DNA of 64,000 nucleotides, from contig CAYREY010000005.1 in NCBI GenBank assembly GCA_964423405.1, forward strand, positions 494 through 64,493, in the 5' to 3' direction. The stretch comes from an uncultured Chitinophaga sp. (GTDB taxonomy: Bacteria > Bacteroidota > Bacteroidia > Chitinophagales > LD1). A program made the translations under genes and the position numbers. The stretch's first letter is position 1; every line of letters begins with the position of its first letter. Positions 54,528-63,912 of this stretch are shown here, one piece after another. Under the pieces are notes generated by a model, which saw nothing but the letters and a program-made list of their open reading frames with translations, ran no database searches and was not told where the DNA came from.

Positions 54528-56096
54528 TTATCGCACCACGCTCACCTTTTTAATGCTGCTGCCTTTTTTCTGTAAGTAAACGCCTGCCGGCACACCGGCA
54601 GAACTGTTTATTGCAGCCCCATCTATAGTATAAATACCATCGGGTAGTGTGTTGATTGATTTATTGTTTACCTCATTAATGCCGGTTACAGGGCTACTGG
54701 TAGTTACTGTTAGTTTATCTATAGCATCTCCAAATACCTCAACCTGCAGCCCATACAAAAACGGATACATTAACTGGTTATAGCATAAACGAAACTCCAC
54801 ATCGGTATATGGCGGAATAGAGCCGGCCGAGAGATATTGAAACTGGCCAGCTGTTTGCACGGGCTCTTCCTCGCGATCTGTAAAATCGGTAAAGTCTTTT
54901 TTATTGTAACGCACTATTCTGCTGTATCCTGCAGGAAAAACCGTATCGCCCACCATCACCGGGTTAGTGGTAGTAATAGTACTAATGGTCATGGGTAGTG
55001 CCAGGTCTTTACCCAGCACAACAGGCAAGGCTCCGGTTCGCACTTTTAAAACAAGCTCGTTGTTGCGGTAAGTTCTGGTGCGCATTAAGTTGGGAAGAGT
55101 GCCGTTAGTAACAACAATATTGCCCTTTTCAAATTCGCCCAGTGCTTCTGCCGAACTGCTTAAACCAAACCACCGGGCCATAATTTCGCCGGCCATTGTA
55201 TAATCATGTAGTAGTATGGCAGTGTTGGTACTATCAAACATCAGCTTGTTTAAGGCATCAGTAGTATCTATCAGCCGGGGCAGTGTGTATGACCATACCA
55301 GTTCAGCACCCGGGCATAGTTTCCAAATACCGGATATTTCTACAGGTTGTGATTCAGCAACAGGCCAATATTGCATATCCATTAACTTCTCAAGATAGTC
55401 AGAAATGTCTCTTTCAGGAAAGAACGTAACCGAATCGGATCCAACCCCATGCCATACGTATTTTTTAAGATGCTGAGGGTGCTGTAACACGTCTTCAAAC
55501 GACATCAGGGTACCATCTGGAAACGCGTTAATGGCATAAGGTTCACCGGGGTCTGCATCAAAACCTACCCATTTACCATCAATCTTAAATTCGACCAGTT
55601 GATGATGACTACCCGATACAATGCGCACATCACTTGGATCAAAAATTCCGGCATCGATTAATGTGCGGGCTGCATAATAACGGAAGTTGCCACACTTGTA
55701 AGCCCCCGAGCCCAACGTAAAGCCGTTAACAGCATATCGCTTTTCGGCAAGTTGCTGAAAGAAAACGCCGGGACCATAATCAGCCGACTCTATCCAGAAG
55801 TTTTCAAAGGCAGGGCTTTTCAGTATCTTAAGCATTTCGTGCAAGGCGCCTATTTTGGTGCCGCTGGCAGCTAACCGTTCATACACCGATTGCTTATCTA
55901 CAAAATAGTAGTCGCCGGGCTGGTCGAAAATAGTGAGCGGATAGAACGAGTGCGTTGCTGTATCAGCGTTTTTTATTGATATAGAAAACGAATCGAACGA
56001 ATGGTGCCTTAAAGGCAGGGGCTGGGTAAACATACTAACCTGTGCAACGCAAATCATGCCTGTTGCCAACAGGAGTACCAAAAATATTTCTTTCAA
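54528..56096 (-). CDS. secreted protein with a possible transglutaminase-like Cys-His-Asp core
   Basis: TTG start, needed to keep the signal peptide KEIFLVLLLATGMICVAQ. YKCGNFRYYAARTL ... SGSHHQLVEF..GKWVGFDAD fits the C/H/D spacing of transglutaminase-like proteases. The C-terminal ~60 aa weakly resembles a T9SS tail. Confidence 0.55.
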   Translation of the reverse strand: MKEIFLVLLLATGMICVAQVSMFTQPLPLRHHSFDSFSISIKNADTATHSFYPLTIFDQPGDYYFVDKQSVYERLAASGTKIGALHEMLKILKSPAFENFWIESADYGPGVFFQQLAEKRYAVNGFTLGSGAYKCGNFRYYAARTLIDAGIFDPSDVRIVSGSHHQLVEFKIDGKWVGFDADPGEPYAINAFPDGTLMSFEDVLQHPQHLKKYVWHGVGSDSVTFFPERDISDYLEKLMDMQYWPVAESQPVEISGIWKLCPGAELVWSYTLPRLIDTTDALNKLMFDSTNTAILLHDYTMAGEIMARWFGLSSSAEALGEFEKGNIVVTNGTLPNLMRTRTYRNNELVLKVRTGALPVVLGKDLALPMTISTITTTNPVMVGDTVFPAGYSRIVRYNKKDFTDFTDREEEPVQTAGQFQYLSAGSIPPYTDVEFRLCYNQLMYPFLYGLQVEVFGDAIDKLTVTTSSPVTGINEVNNKSINTLPDGIYTIDGAAINSSAGVPAGVYLQKKGSSIKKVSVVR

Positions 56097-56826
56097 CTTA
56101 CTATTATTACAATAAACTAATTAATTGCAATAATATTATATTAATCAAAAAAATAAATACTGATTACAATCAGTAGTATCACAACCCACCAATAACCGGT
56201 AGCCCCATCATTAACTGTTGCCTGGTATATTTATATATTAATGTCGCACCGGTTAATAAAAAAGCTGCATTTACACGTTTCAAAATATCCGCAAACATCA
56301 AATAATCAGTCTTTTAACAACAAAATTGCATCCTTTGCAATAAATACAGCCAACGGTTGTGGTACATCAAATATCATGTTGTTTACATCAGCATGGTTAC
56401 CGATAAAATTTATGTAGTGTTTTATAGTTAAACTATTAGCTAACTCTAATTATATTATAATTAAATAATAATATTAAAAACCAGTTTCGAGGCATAAAAA
56501 ACACAACATACTGCTATTGCTTATCCATTAACCGGGCAGTTTAGCATTTTACAAGTAGTGTATTTTTATAAAACTATTACGGTTAAAGTGGGCAGCACTT
56601 CTGTTTGTTAATGGTACACCATACTGCTTTTATATCTCGTTTGCCCGCTACACACCACCAGGTAGGGTTGGCATTAGCTTATATGTGTTTTGTTTGATAA
56701 ACTGCCGGGCAGGCAAAATACCCTATAGCAATAAAATTATGCCGGGTAATAAAGTGCTATAATGCATACATTAAAAAGTATGCATTAAGTTATATACTAT
56801 AACATGGTATTTATATCCATAAAAAA

Positions 56827-56849
56827 GCCCCGCTTGTTAAAGGCGGGGC
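56827..56849 (-). terminator. rho-independent terminator of the small lipoprotein gene
   Basis: GCCCCGC-9 nt-GCGGGGC flanked by AAAAAA/TTTTTT, 26 nt below the stop at 56875. Confidence 0.8.
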
Positions 56850-56874
56850 TTTTTTATTAGTTGATGCTTTCTGA

Positions 56875-57069
56875 CTAGTGAGCAGCTGGAGCAGCAGCAG
56901 AATCAGTTGTAGCAGTTGCAGCAGCAGTATCAACTGGAGCAGCTTCTACCGGAGCAGCAGTTGCAGCAGAGTCTACAGCTGGAGTTTCAGTTGTTTCAGC
57001 TGGTTTGTTGTTGCAAGCTGACAGAACTACTACAGAAGCAGCTACGAAAGCGAAGAATACCTTTTTCAT
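56875..57069 (-). CDS. small Ala/Thr-rich lipoprotein (64 aa)
   Basis: MKKVFFAFVAASVVVLSAC lipobox followed by a low-complexity A/T/P/E tail. It has its own promoter and terminator. Confidence 0.65.
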   Translation of the reverse strand: MKKVFFAFVAASVVVLSACNNKPAETTETPAVDSAATAAPVEAAPVDTAAATATTDSAAAPAAH

Positions 57070-57109
57070 TCTCTTTAGTTTTTTTGGTTTAGGTTAATAA
57101 ATTGACGCG

Positions 57110-57141
57110 CAAATATAAATTTCCGCCGCTGGTATTTACAA
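57110..57141 (-). promoter_or_regulatory. Bacteroidota sigma-A promoter (-33 TTG / -7 TATATTTG)
   Basis: The minus strand reads TTG-21 nt-TATATTTG, about 40 nt upstream of the ATG at 57069. The GCGCAAATATAA context is the same as at the rplU promoter. Confidence 0.5.
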
Positions 57142-57204
57142 ATTTTCGTAAAAATATTTTTACAGGCCTTTTCTGGTATCTTATCGGGCTAAGCCTATTC
57201 CCCA

Positions 57205-58515
57205 TTACTTCTCGCGGAAAAAGATGTTGATAGGCACCCCGGTAAAGTCGAAAGACTCGCGCAGCTTGTTTTCCAGGTAGTTGCGGTATGGTACTTTTAT
57301 ATGCTTGGGGTGGTTGGCAAAAAAGGCAAACGACGGGAACCTGGTAGGCAGCTGGGTAACGTACTTTATGGCTACCAGGCGGCCATCCATAGCTGGCGGG
57401 CTGTAGGCAGCTATAGCTTTCAGCATCACCTCGTTAAGTTGCGAGGTGGTTATCTTTTTACGCATATTGGCATATACCTGCTCTATTACCTCCAGCACCC
57501 TGAAAACACGCTGCCTCTCCTGCGCCGATATAAAGATAATGGGCACATCGTTAAACGGGGCCAGCTTGGCACGCAGCACAGCCTCAAAATCGCGCGCAGT
57601 GTTGGTTTCTTTCTCTATCAGGTCCCATTTGTTTACGGCAAACACTATACCGCGGCGCTTTCTTACGGCCATGCGGTAAATGGTCAGGTCCTGGTGGGTA
57701 ATGCCTTTGGTGGCATCTATTACCACCACCGCCACATCCGATTCATCTATAGCTTTTACAGCCCGTATTACCGAGTAAAATTCGAGATTCTCGTGCACCT
57801 TGGCCTTGCTGCGGATACCTGCGGTATCTATCAGCACCAGGTTTTTGCCGTATTTGGTGTAGTGGGTATGTACCGAATCGCGGGTAGTGCCGGCTATATC
57901 GGTTACAATGTTACGGTCTTCGCCCAGCAGGGCGTTTACCAGGCTCGATTTGCCCACGTTGGGCTGCCCTACTATACATACTTTAGGTATGTTCTCTTCA
58001 TCCTTTTCTTCTTCTGTTTCGGCAGGCACGCGCTCTACCACGGCATCCAGCAGTTCGCCTGTACCCGAGCCGGTCATAGAGGCTATAAAAAACGTATTAT
58101 CTATACCCAGGCTGTAAAACTCGTTGGCCTCGTGCATACGCTCCAGGTTATCTACCTTGTTTACTACCAAAAAAACGTTTTTCTGGTGTTTGCGCAGTAT
58201 GTTGGCAAACTCATCATCCAGGGTGGTAATGCCGGTGGTGGCATCTACTATAAACAGCAGCAGCGAGGCCTCCTGTATAGCTATCATCACCTGCTCACGG
58301 ATGTGTTTTTCAAACACATCTTTACTGCGGGGCACAAAGCCACCAGTATCTATTACGTTAAATATTTTGCCACCCCACTCGCACTCGCCGTATATACGGT
58401 CGCGGGTTACGCCGCTAAAGTCGTCAACAATAGCTTTCTTCTCGCCTATCAGGCGGTTAAATAAAGTGCTTTTGCCAACGTTTGGCCGGCCTACAATGGC
58501 TACGGTAAATCCCAT
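57205..58515 (-). CDS. der: ribosome-biogenesis GTPase Der (EngA), double G-domain
   Basis: GRPNVGKSTLFN and a second GQPNVGKSSLVN, NKVD/NKWD motifs, and a C-terminal KH-like domain. Confidence 0.95.
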   Translation of the reverse strand: MGFTVAIVGRPNVGKSTLFNRLIGEKKAIVDDFSGVTRDRIYGECEWGGKIFNVIDTGGFVPRSKDVFEKHIREQVMIAIQEASLLLFIVDATTGITTLDDEFANILRKHQKNVFLVVNKVDNLERMHEANEFYSLGIDNTFFIASMTGSGTGELLDAVVERVPAETEEEKDEENIPKVCIVGQPNVGKSSLVNALLGEDRNIVTDIAGTTRDSVHTHYTKYGKNLVLIDTAGIRSKAKVHENLEFYSVIRAVKAIDESDVAVVVIDATKGITHQDLTIYRMAVRKRRGIVFAVNKWDLIEKETNTARDFEAVLRAKLAPFNDVPIIFISAQERQRVFRVLEVIEQVYANMRKKITTSQLNEVMLKAIAAYSPPAMDGRLVAIKYVTQLPTRFPSFAFFANHPKHIKVPYRNYLENKLRESFDFTGVPINIFFREK

Positions 58516-58540
58516 GGTACTGTACTGTTATATTTAAGGT

Positions 58541-59428
58541 TCAACCGGCGTTATAGCCAAAGTTTTTAAGCGTGGCCGGGTTGTTGCGCCAGTTGTCCTT
58601 TACTTTTACAAATAATTCGAGGTGTACTTTTTTGCCTATAAAAGCCTCTATGGCTTTGCGGGCTTCGGTGCCTACCTTTTTAAGGGCTTCGCCCTTGTTA
58701 CCAATAATAATCCCTTTTTGCGAATCGCGCTCTACAAATATTACACAGCGTATACGGTCAATGGTGTCTTCTTCTTTGTAGGTATCTACTATTACTTCGC
58801 AGCTATAGGGTATCTCTTTGGTATAGTTCAAAAATATTTTCTCGCGCACTATCTCGGCCACAAAAAAACGTGTATTGCGGTCGCTTAGCTGTTCTTTATC
58901 GTAGTACGGCGGCGATTCGGGCAACAGTTCTACAATTTTTTTAATAATCTTCTTAGCATTTATACCCGATGATGCTGTAATAGGTATTACCTCGCAGCCG
59001 GGTAGTTTTTCTTTCCATTCGGCTATCAGCTTTTCGGTTTCTTCTTTGCCGTACAGGTCTATTTTATTAAGCAGTACAAACGTGGGTATCTTGTTGGTCC
59101 GTATCAGTTCCAGCAGGTGTTGCTGCTCTTCATCTTTCTGAAACTTATCGGTTACAAAAATCAGTACATCGGCATCTTCAAAAGCAGTTTCTACAAAGTC
59201 GTTCATGGTACTTTGCAGCTTGTAGGCCGGCTGGTTAATATAGCCCGGCGTGTCAGAAAACACTATCTGGTAATCATCGGCATTAACCATGCCCAGCAAC
59301 CGGTGGCGCGTGGTTTGTGCCTTGGGCGATATGATACTCATATTCTCGCCCACCAGTGCATTCATCAGGGTGGATTTGCCTACGTTGGGTAAGCCTATAA
59401 TATTTACAAAACCGGCGCGGTGACTCAT
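58541..59428 (-). CDS. era: GTPase Era
   Basis: GLPNVGKSTLMN, DTPG, NKID, and a C-terminal KH domain (..VERDSQKGIIIGNKGEALKKVG..). Confidence 0.95.
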   Translation of the reverse strand: MSHRAGFVNIIGLPNVGKSTLMNALVGENMSIISPKAQTTRHRLLGMVNADDYQIVFSDTPGYINQPAYKLQSTMNDFVETAFEDADVLIFVTDKFQKDEEQQHLLELIRTNKIPTFVLLNKIDLYGKEETEKLIAEWKEKLPGCEVIPITASSGINAKKIIKKIVELLPESPPYYDKEQLSDRNTRFFVAEIVREKIFLNYTKEIPYSCEVIVDTYKEEDTIDRIRCVIFVERDSQKGIIIGNKGEALKKVGTEARKAIEAFIGKKVHLELFVKVKDNWRNNPATLKNFGYNAG

Positions 59429-59491
59429 AAAGGGCGGCTAAAATACAAAAGCATATCAAATACTACTATGTATCGCCGGCTTTCGGCTTAA

Positions 59492-59914
59492 TTAAGCGCT
59501 GCTGCCAGCCCTTTTTATACGCCATATGCCCCAGCCACAGGCTATAAGCAGCACCGCAACGGTGGCAAAGGTAAGCTGCAGCGGGTTGGCGGTTTGCAGC
59601 ATCAGCATTTGTATGCCTATCCATCCACCCAGTATAAACCCTTCTGCCAGCACCCCCAGCGGGTAGTACGGGCTGCAGGCCAGCATTAAGCCCAGCACCA
59701 CCAGGCTACCTGCACCGTTGGCCATTAGCAGCACTATACCTGGTATCAGGTAGGTATCAAACGGCGAATGTTCCAGATAGCTGAGCGGCATTTGCATACT
59801 GCCGCCGGTAGGGTCGGTGGCCAGTTGCCAGCCGCCGTACAGGGCACCAATGCCGTTTAACAGCAACAGGGTAACGGCTACAAGGTGCAGCACAACCGAT
59901 AGCGTTTTTTGCAT
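59492..59914 (-). CDS. 4-TM membrane protein, unknown function
   Basis: A 140-aa hydrophobic ORF. No family recognised. Confidence 0.55.
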   Translation of the reverse strand: MQKTLSVVLHLVAVTLLLLNGIGALYGGWQLATDPTGGSMQMPLSYLEHSPFDTYLIPGIVLLMANGAGSLVVLGLMLACSPYYPLGVLAEGFILGGWIGIQMLMLQTANPLQLTFATVAVLLIACGWGIWRIKRAGSSA

Positions 59915-60049
59915 ACCACAAATTTACAGCCTGCAGGCAGTAAGCCTGTTATGACTTTGCTTAGCCTTGTAATACTTAGCCACCAATGCACAAATAATAC
60001 ACAATCAGGCACTGTATTAGTCTGCGTATTCTGTGAGAAAGCAGCCTTA

Positions 60050-60154
60050 TAACCATTAAGAACATTAAGGGCATTTAGGATATTAATAAAAGAGCGGCTA
60101 TAGGCTGTTATTCCCCCTTTGGGGGGTAGGGGGTTGAAATGTTGGCTGTTCAAT
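60050..60154. repeat. interspersed repeat copy, same module family as 31140-32110
   Basis: TAACCATTAAGAACATTAAGGGCATT.., GGCTATAGGCTGTT, the hairpin CCCCCTTTGGGGGG, and GTTGGCTGTTCAA (reverse complement of TTGAACAGCCAAC in the tandem units). Confidence 0.6.
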
Positions 60155-60203
60155 CCAAAATCGCACTTCTAAAATCTAAAATAAGTATGCCCCCCAAAAA
60201 CAA

Positions 60204-60229
60204 AACAGCCCCGCAATTGCAGGGCTGTT
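60204..60229 (-). terminator. terminator of rplU-rpmA
   Basis: AACAGCCC-10 nt-GGGCTGTT followed on the minus strand by TTTGTTTTTGGGGGG, 26 nt below the rpmA stop. Confidence 0.7.
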
Positions 60230-60254
60230 TATATATTTTAAAGTAGGGTATTAC

Positions 60255-60518
60255 TTATGCTTCGGCAGTAGTAACTACGTGTACAAACTGGCGGTCGTTT
60301 TTACCACGGGTAAATTTAACTACACCATCTATTACTGCAAAAATGGTATGGTCTTTACCAATCATTACGCCTTTACCAGGGTGGTAGTTAGTACCACGCT
60401 GACGAACGATGATATTACCAGGGGCAGCAGAGTCGCCACCATATATTTTAATGCCTAAGCGTTTGCTGTGACTGTCGCGTCCGTTCTTAACCTTACCTTC
60501 GCCTTTCTTATGTGCCAT
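60255..60518 (-). CDS. rpmA: 50S ribosomal protein L27
   Basis: [24 protein letters not shown]...[13 protein letters not shown]. Confidence 0.97.
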   Translation of the reverse strand: MAHKKGEGKVKNGRDSHSKRLGIKIYGGDSAAPGNIIVRQRGTNYHPGKGVMIGKDHTIFAVIDGVVKFTRGKNDRQFVHVVTTAEA

Positions 60519-60557
60519 GACTTGTTGGTTTTCTTTTTAGGGTCTTTTAAAAATTAA

Positions 60558-60866
60558 TTACGCTATGCTTTCAATAGCTATTTGAGTTAAGCTCTGGCGG
60601 TGGCCCTGAGTTTTCTCGTAGGTTTTTCTTCTTTTCTTTTTGTAGATAATCACCTTGTCGTCTTTCAGGTGGTTAACTATTTTGGCGGTTACCTTTACAC
60701 CAGCAACAGTAGGGGTACCTACTTTAACACTGCCGTTGTCGTCAGTTAAAAGCACACGGTCAAATGACACACTGTCGCCCACATTACCTTCCAGGCGGTG
60801 AACATAAAGCTTCTTTCCGGCCTCTGCCTTAAACTGTTGGCCTGCTATTTCTACTATTGCGTACAT
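60558..60866 (-). CDS. rplU: 50S ribosomal protein L21
   Basis: MYAIVEIAGQQFK... Start taken at the third codon of the track ORF. Confidence 0.95.
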   Translation of the reverse strand: MYAIVEIAGQQFKAEAGKKLYVHRLEGNVGDSVSFDRVLLTDDNGSVKVGTPTVAGVKVTAKIVNHLKDDKVIIYKKKRRKTYEKTQGHRQSLTQIAIESIA

Positions 60867-60888
60867 ATTCATTTAAAATTTGGGAGCG

Positions 60889-60918
60889 CAAATATAACAG
60901 TTGAATCTTAAAAACCAA
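60889..60918 (-). promoter_or_regulatory. Bacteroidota sigma-A promoter of rplU-rpmA
   Basis: The minus strand reads TTG-19 nt-TATATTTG (an exact TAnnTTTG), about 22 nt upstream of the rplU ATG. Confidence 0.5.
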
Positions 60919-61178
60919 ATAGCATTGTTTTATTTCAATTGCCGCTTGCCGCTTGTTGGTTGGCAGAGAAAGGCAAAAAAGCGATGTTAGTAGCTTAAAA
61001 AACAATTTAATTATCTGAATATCAATAAATTAAATCATTTCGCACCTTAATTAAGAGCTACCAGTTGTGCTACCCATATAAACTATCCACATCTGCCTGA
61101 CAACAAGCAACCGACAACTGACAACCGACAACAGGCAACTGATAACTACCTATCTGCCAACTCTTCCTTTTAGCAATA

Positions 61179-61203
61179 TTGGCATTGCAATTGACTACCT
61201 TTG
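61179..61203 (+). promoter_or_regulatory. possible lon promoter (-7 box TACCTTTG)
   Basis: An exact TAnnTTTG at 61196-61203, 35 nt before the lon ATG. The nearest upstream TTG is only 14 nt away, which is a short spacer. Confidence 0.35.
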
Positions 61204-61237
61204 AACCCGAACAGGGATTAATACTAAAAACAGCGTT

Positions 61238-63724
61238 ATGGAAATGAAGGATATGATGGATTTTATACAACCCGGAGGCACCGATGATGAAGTGGATTTT
61301 TTACCCATTTTGCCCGAAGAAGACAGCGCCGACAGCAAAAAAATAGACATACCACAAATTTTACCCCTGTTGCCGTTGCGCAACACTATTTTGTTTCCGG
61401 GGGTGGTACTACCTATTACAGTTGGCCGCGATAAAAGCATTTTAGCGGTCAAAGAGGCATACAAAGCCAACAAACTGATAGGGGTTGTCGGTCAAATTGA
61501 CGCAAGTATCGAAGAACCAGAGTTTAAGGACATATTCCGCGTAGGTACCGTGGCCCAGATTCTGCGCATGATAAAAATGCCCGATGGCAGTACCACTGCC
61601 ATTATACAGGGCCGTAACCGCTTTGCAGCCAACGATTTAATACAATCGGAGCCGTTTATTAAGGCTACTATAGAGGTACTGCACGATACCATGCCCGTAA
61701 ACGATAAGGAGTTTGAGGCCAGCATGATGAGTGTGAAAGAACTGGCAGGGCATATTATTAAGCTAAACCCGCAAATACCCAGCGAGGCGGGCATAGTGCT
61801 TAAAAACATAAACAACCCGGTTACCCTTACTCACTTTATAAGTAGCAACCTCAATATATCGATACGCGAAAAGCAGGCCCTGCTGGAACTGGCCGATATG
61901 AAAGAGCGCATACGCTTTGTACTGGAGCACCTGAACAAAGAGATACAGGTGCTGGAGATGAAAAACCAGATACAGGGTAAGGTGCGTCAGGAAATTGACA
62001 AACAACAGCGCGATTATTTCTTATCGCAGCAGCTTAAAACCATACAGGATGAGCTGGGCATGAACAGCAGCGATAAAGATGTACAGCGCCTGCGCGAGAA
62101 AGCCGAAAAAATGAACCTGCCGCTTAAAGCACGCGAGCAGGTAAATAAAGAGCTGGACAAGCTACAGCGCATGAACCCCGCCGCCGCCGAATACAGCGTT
62201 ATACTTAACTATGTTGACCTGATACTGGAACTGCCCTGGGGCGTATACACCAAAGATAACTTTGACATTAAGCATGCCCGCAAGGTGCTGGATGGCGACC
62301 ACTACGGTATAGATAAAGTAAAGGAGCGTATACTGGAGTACCTGGCCGTGCTTAAACTAAAGGGCGATATGAAAAGCCCTATCCTTTGTTTGGTGGGCCC
62401 TCCGGGGGTGGGTAAAACCAGTCTGGGCCAAAGCATAGCCCGTGCGCTGGGCCGCAAATACGGACGTATAGCACTGGGCGGCCTGCACGATGAGGCCGAA
62501 GTACGCGGCCACCGCAAAACCTACATAGGTGCTATGCCGGGCCGCATTATACAAAGCCTTAAAAAAGCCGGCAGCAGCAACGCTGTGTTTATACTGGATG
62601 AGATTGATAAAATAGGCAGCGACTACAAAGGCGACCCCAGCAGTGCCTTGTTAGAGGTGCTGGACCCCGAGCAGAACAACGCTTTTTACGATAACTACCT
62701 GGAGCTGGAGTACGACCTTAGCAAAGTACTGTTTATTGCTACGGCCAACAGCCTGCAAACCATACAGCCCGCCCTGCGCGACCGTATGGAGATAATACAG
62801 ATAGAAGGCTACTCGGTAGAAGAAAAACTGGAGATTGCCAAAAAGCACCTGCTGCCCAAGCAAATTGCCAACCACGGGCTTAAAGCCAAACAGGCTACTA
62901 TTAACGATAAAGTGCTGGAGCAACTGATTGAAGAATACACCAAAGAGAGCGGTGTGCGCGAACTGGACCGCCAGCTGGCGGCCGTTATGCGCAACGTGGC
63001 CAAAAAGGTAGCGCTGAAAGAGAAATACACACCGGCTGTAAAAAGCGAAGACCTGGGCCGTATACTGGGCCCCGAGAAGTTTGATAAAAGTATTTATACC
63101 GAAGAAAACATACCGGGTGTATCGGTAGGGTTGGCATGGACGCCGTACGGTGGCGATATATTGTTTATAGAGGCTACGCTTAGCAAAGGCACCGGCGCAG
63201 TAACACTAACCGGTAACCTGGGCGATGTAATGAAAGAATCGGCTACTACGGCGGTTACCTTTTTAAAAGCCAACGCAGTTAAACTCGGTATTAACCCCGA
63301 GTTGTTCGGCAAGGTAAATATACACCTGCACTTTCCCGAAGGGGCTACGCCTAAAGATGGGCCAAGCGCCGGTATTACCATACTTACCGCACTGGCATCG
63401 TTGTTTACACAGCGCAGGGTAAAACCTTTTCTGGCCATGACGGGCGAGATAACCCTGCGTGGCAAGGTAATGCCCGTAGGTGGTATTAAAGAAAAAATAC
63501 TGGCGGCCCGCCGCGCCGGTATTAAGGAGATTATAATGTGCTACCGCAATGAAAAAGATGTAGAGCAGATAAACCCGGCCTACATAAAAGGCATGCGCTT
63601 TAACTTTGTAAAAACTATGGACGAAGTGGTAGAACTGGCACTAATGAAACAACGCGCGCGCAACAGCATAGACCTGGAGCAGTTTTTGGTGAAAGAAGTT
63701 AACAGCAAAGAACCAGGAAAATAG
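61238..63724 (+). CDS. lon: ATP-dependent Lon protease (LonA)
   Basis: N-terminal LON domain (LPLLPLRNTILFPGVVLPITVGR), Walker A GPPGVGKTS, and a proteolytic DGPSAGI Ser with a downstream Lys. Confidence 0.97.
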   Translation: MEMKDMMDFIQPGGTDDEVDFLPILPEEDSADSKKIDIPQILPLLPLRNTILFPGVVLPITVGRDKSILAVKEAYKANKLIGVVGQIDASIEEPEFKDIFRVGTVAQILRMIKMPDGSTTAIIQGRNRFAANDLIQSEPFIKATIEVLHDTMPVNDKEFEASMMSVKELAGHIIKLNPQIPSEAGIVLKNINNPVTLTHFISSNLNISIREKQALLELADMKERIRFVLEHLNKEIQVLEMKNQIQGKVRQEIDKQQRDYFLSQQLKTIQDELGMNSSDKDVQRLREKAEKMNLPLKAREQVNKELDKLQRMNPAAAEYSVILNYVDLILELPWGVYTKDNFDIKHARKVLDGDHYGIDKVKERILEYLAVLKLKGDMKSPILCLVGPPGVGKTSLGQSIARALGRKYGRIALGGLHDEAEVRGHRKTYIGAMPGRIIQSLKKAGSSNAVFILDEIDKIGSDYKGDPSSALLEVLDPEQNNAFYDNYLELEYDLSKVLFIATANSLQTIQPALRDRMEIIQIEGYSVEEKLEIAKKHLLPKQIANHGLKAKQATINDKVLEQLIEEYTKESGVRELDRQLAAVMRNVAKKVALKEKYTPAVKSEDLGRILGPEKFDKSIYTEENIPGVSVGLAWTPYGGDILFIEATLSKGTGAVTLTGNLGDVMKESATTAVTFLKANAVKLGINPELFGKVNIHLHFPEGATPKDGPSAGITILTALASLFTQRRVKPFLAMTGEITLRGKVMPVGGIKEKILAARRAGIKEIIMCYRNEKDVEQINPAYIKGMRFNFVKTMDEVVELALMKQRARNSIDLEQFLVKEVNSKEPGK

Positions 63725-63749
63725 AACCAAGAACCTGGAGCATAGATAC

Positions 63750-63787
63750 AACCCGCCTCATCGTATTGATGGGGCGGGTTTATTTTT
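63750..63787 (+). terminator. lon terminator
   Basis: AACCCGCC-15 nt-GGCGGGTT followed by TATTTTTG, 26 nt after the stop. Confidence 0.75.
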
Positions 63788-63850
63788 GTAGGGCATACCA
63801 AATACAGTTGCCACTAATACACGAATAAATGCTGGCGGCTAAATACGTTT

Positions 63851-63912
63851 TAACCATTAAGTACATTAAGGGTATTAAGAATGTTGGTAAGGTAGAGGCT
63901 GTTGACTGAACC
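63851..63912. repeat. interspersed repeat copy related to 60050-60110
   Basis: TAACCATTAAGTACATTAAGGGTATTAAGAATGTT...GAGGCTGTTGA compared with TAACCATTAAGAACATTAAGGGCATTTAGGATATT...TAGGCTGTTA. Confidence 0.55.

Noticed and set aside
56532-56709. 11/12 inverted repeat CCGGGCAGTTTA ... TAAACTGCCGGG enclosing 154 nt in the AT-rich desert, a possible MITE or structured RNA
   Set aside because: A rough expectation for one such imperfect 12-mer pair arising by chance in a 780-bp region is close to 1, so it is not significant on its own.
57301-58464. 387-aa ORF antisense to der (also 58124..58537 and others)
   Set aside because: It lies entirely within the well-supported der gene. Its Tyr/Gly/His-rich nonsense-like composition is typical of a stop-free antisense frame. 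Der has unmistakable double G-domain motifs.
61181-61196. Sigma-54-like element TGGCATTGCAATTGAC upstream of lon (and TGGCAGAGAAAGGCA at 60962)
   Set aside because: The -24 TGGCA is present, but the -12 element reads TTGA instead of TTGC in the first case and is mis-spaced by 1 nt in the second. No enhancer-binding protein is nearby.
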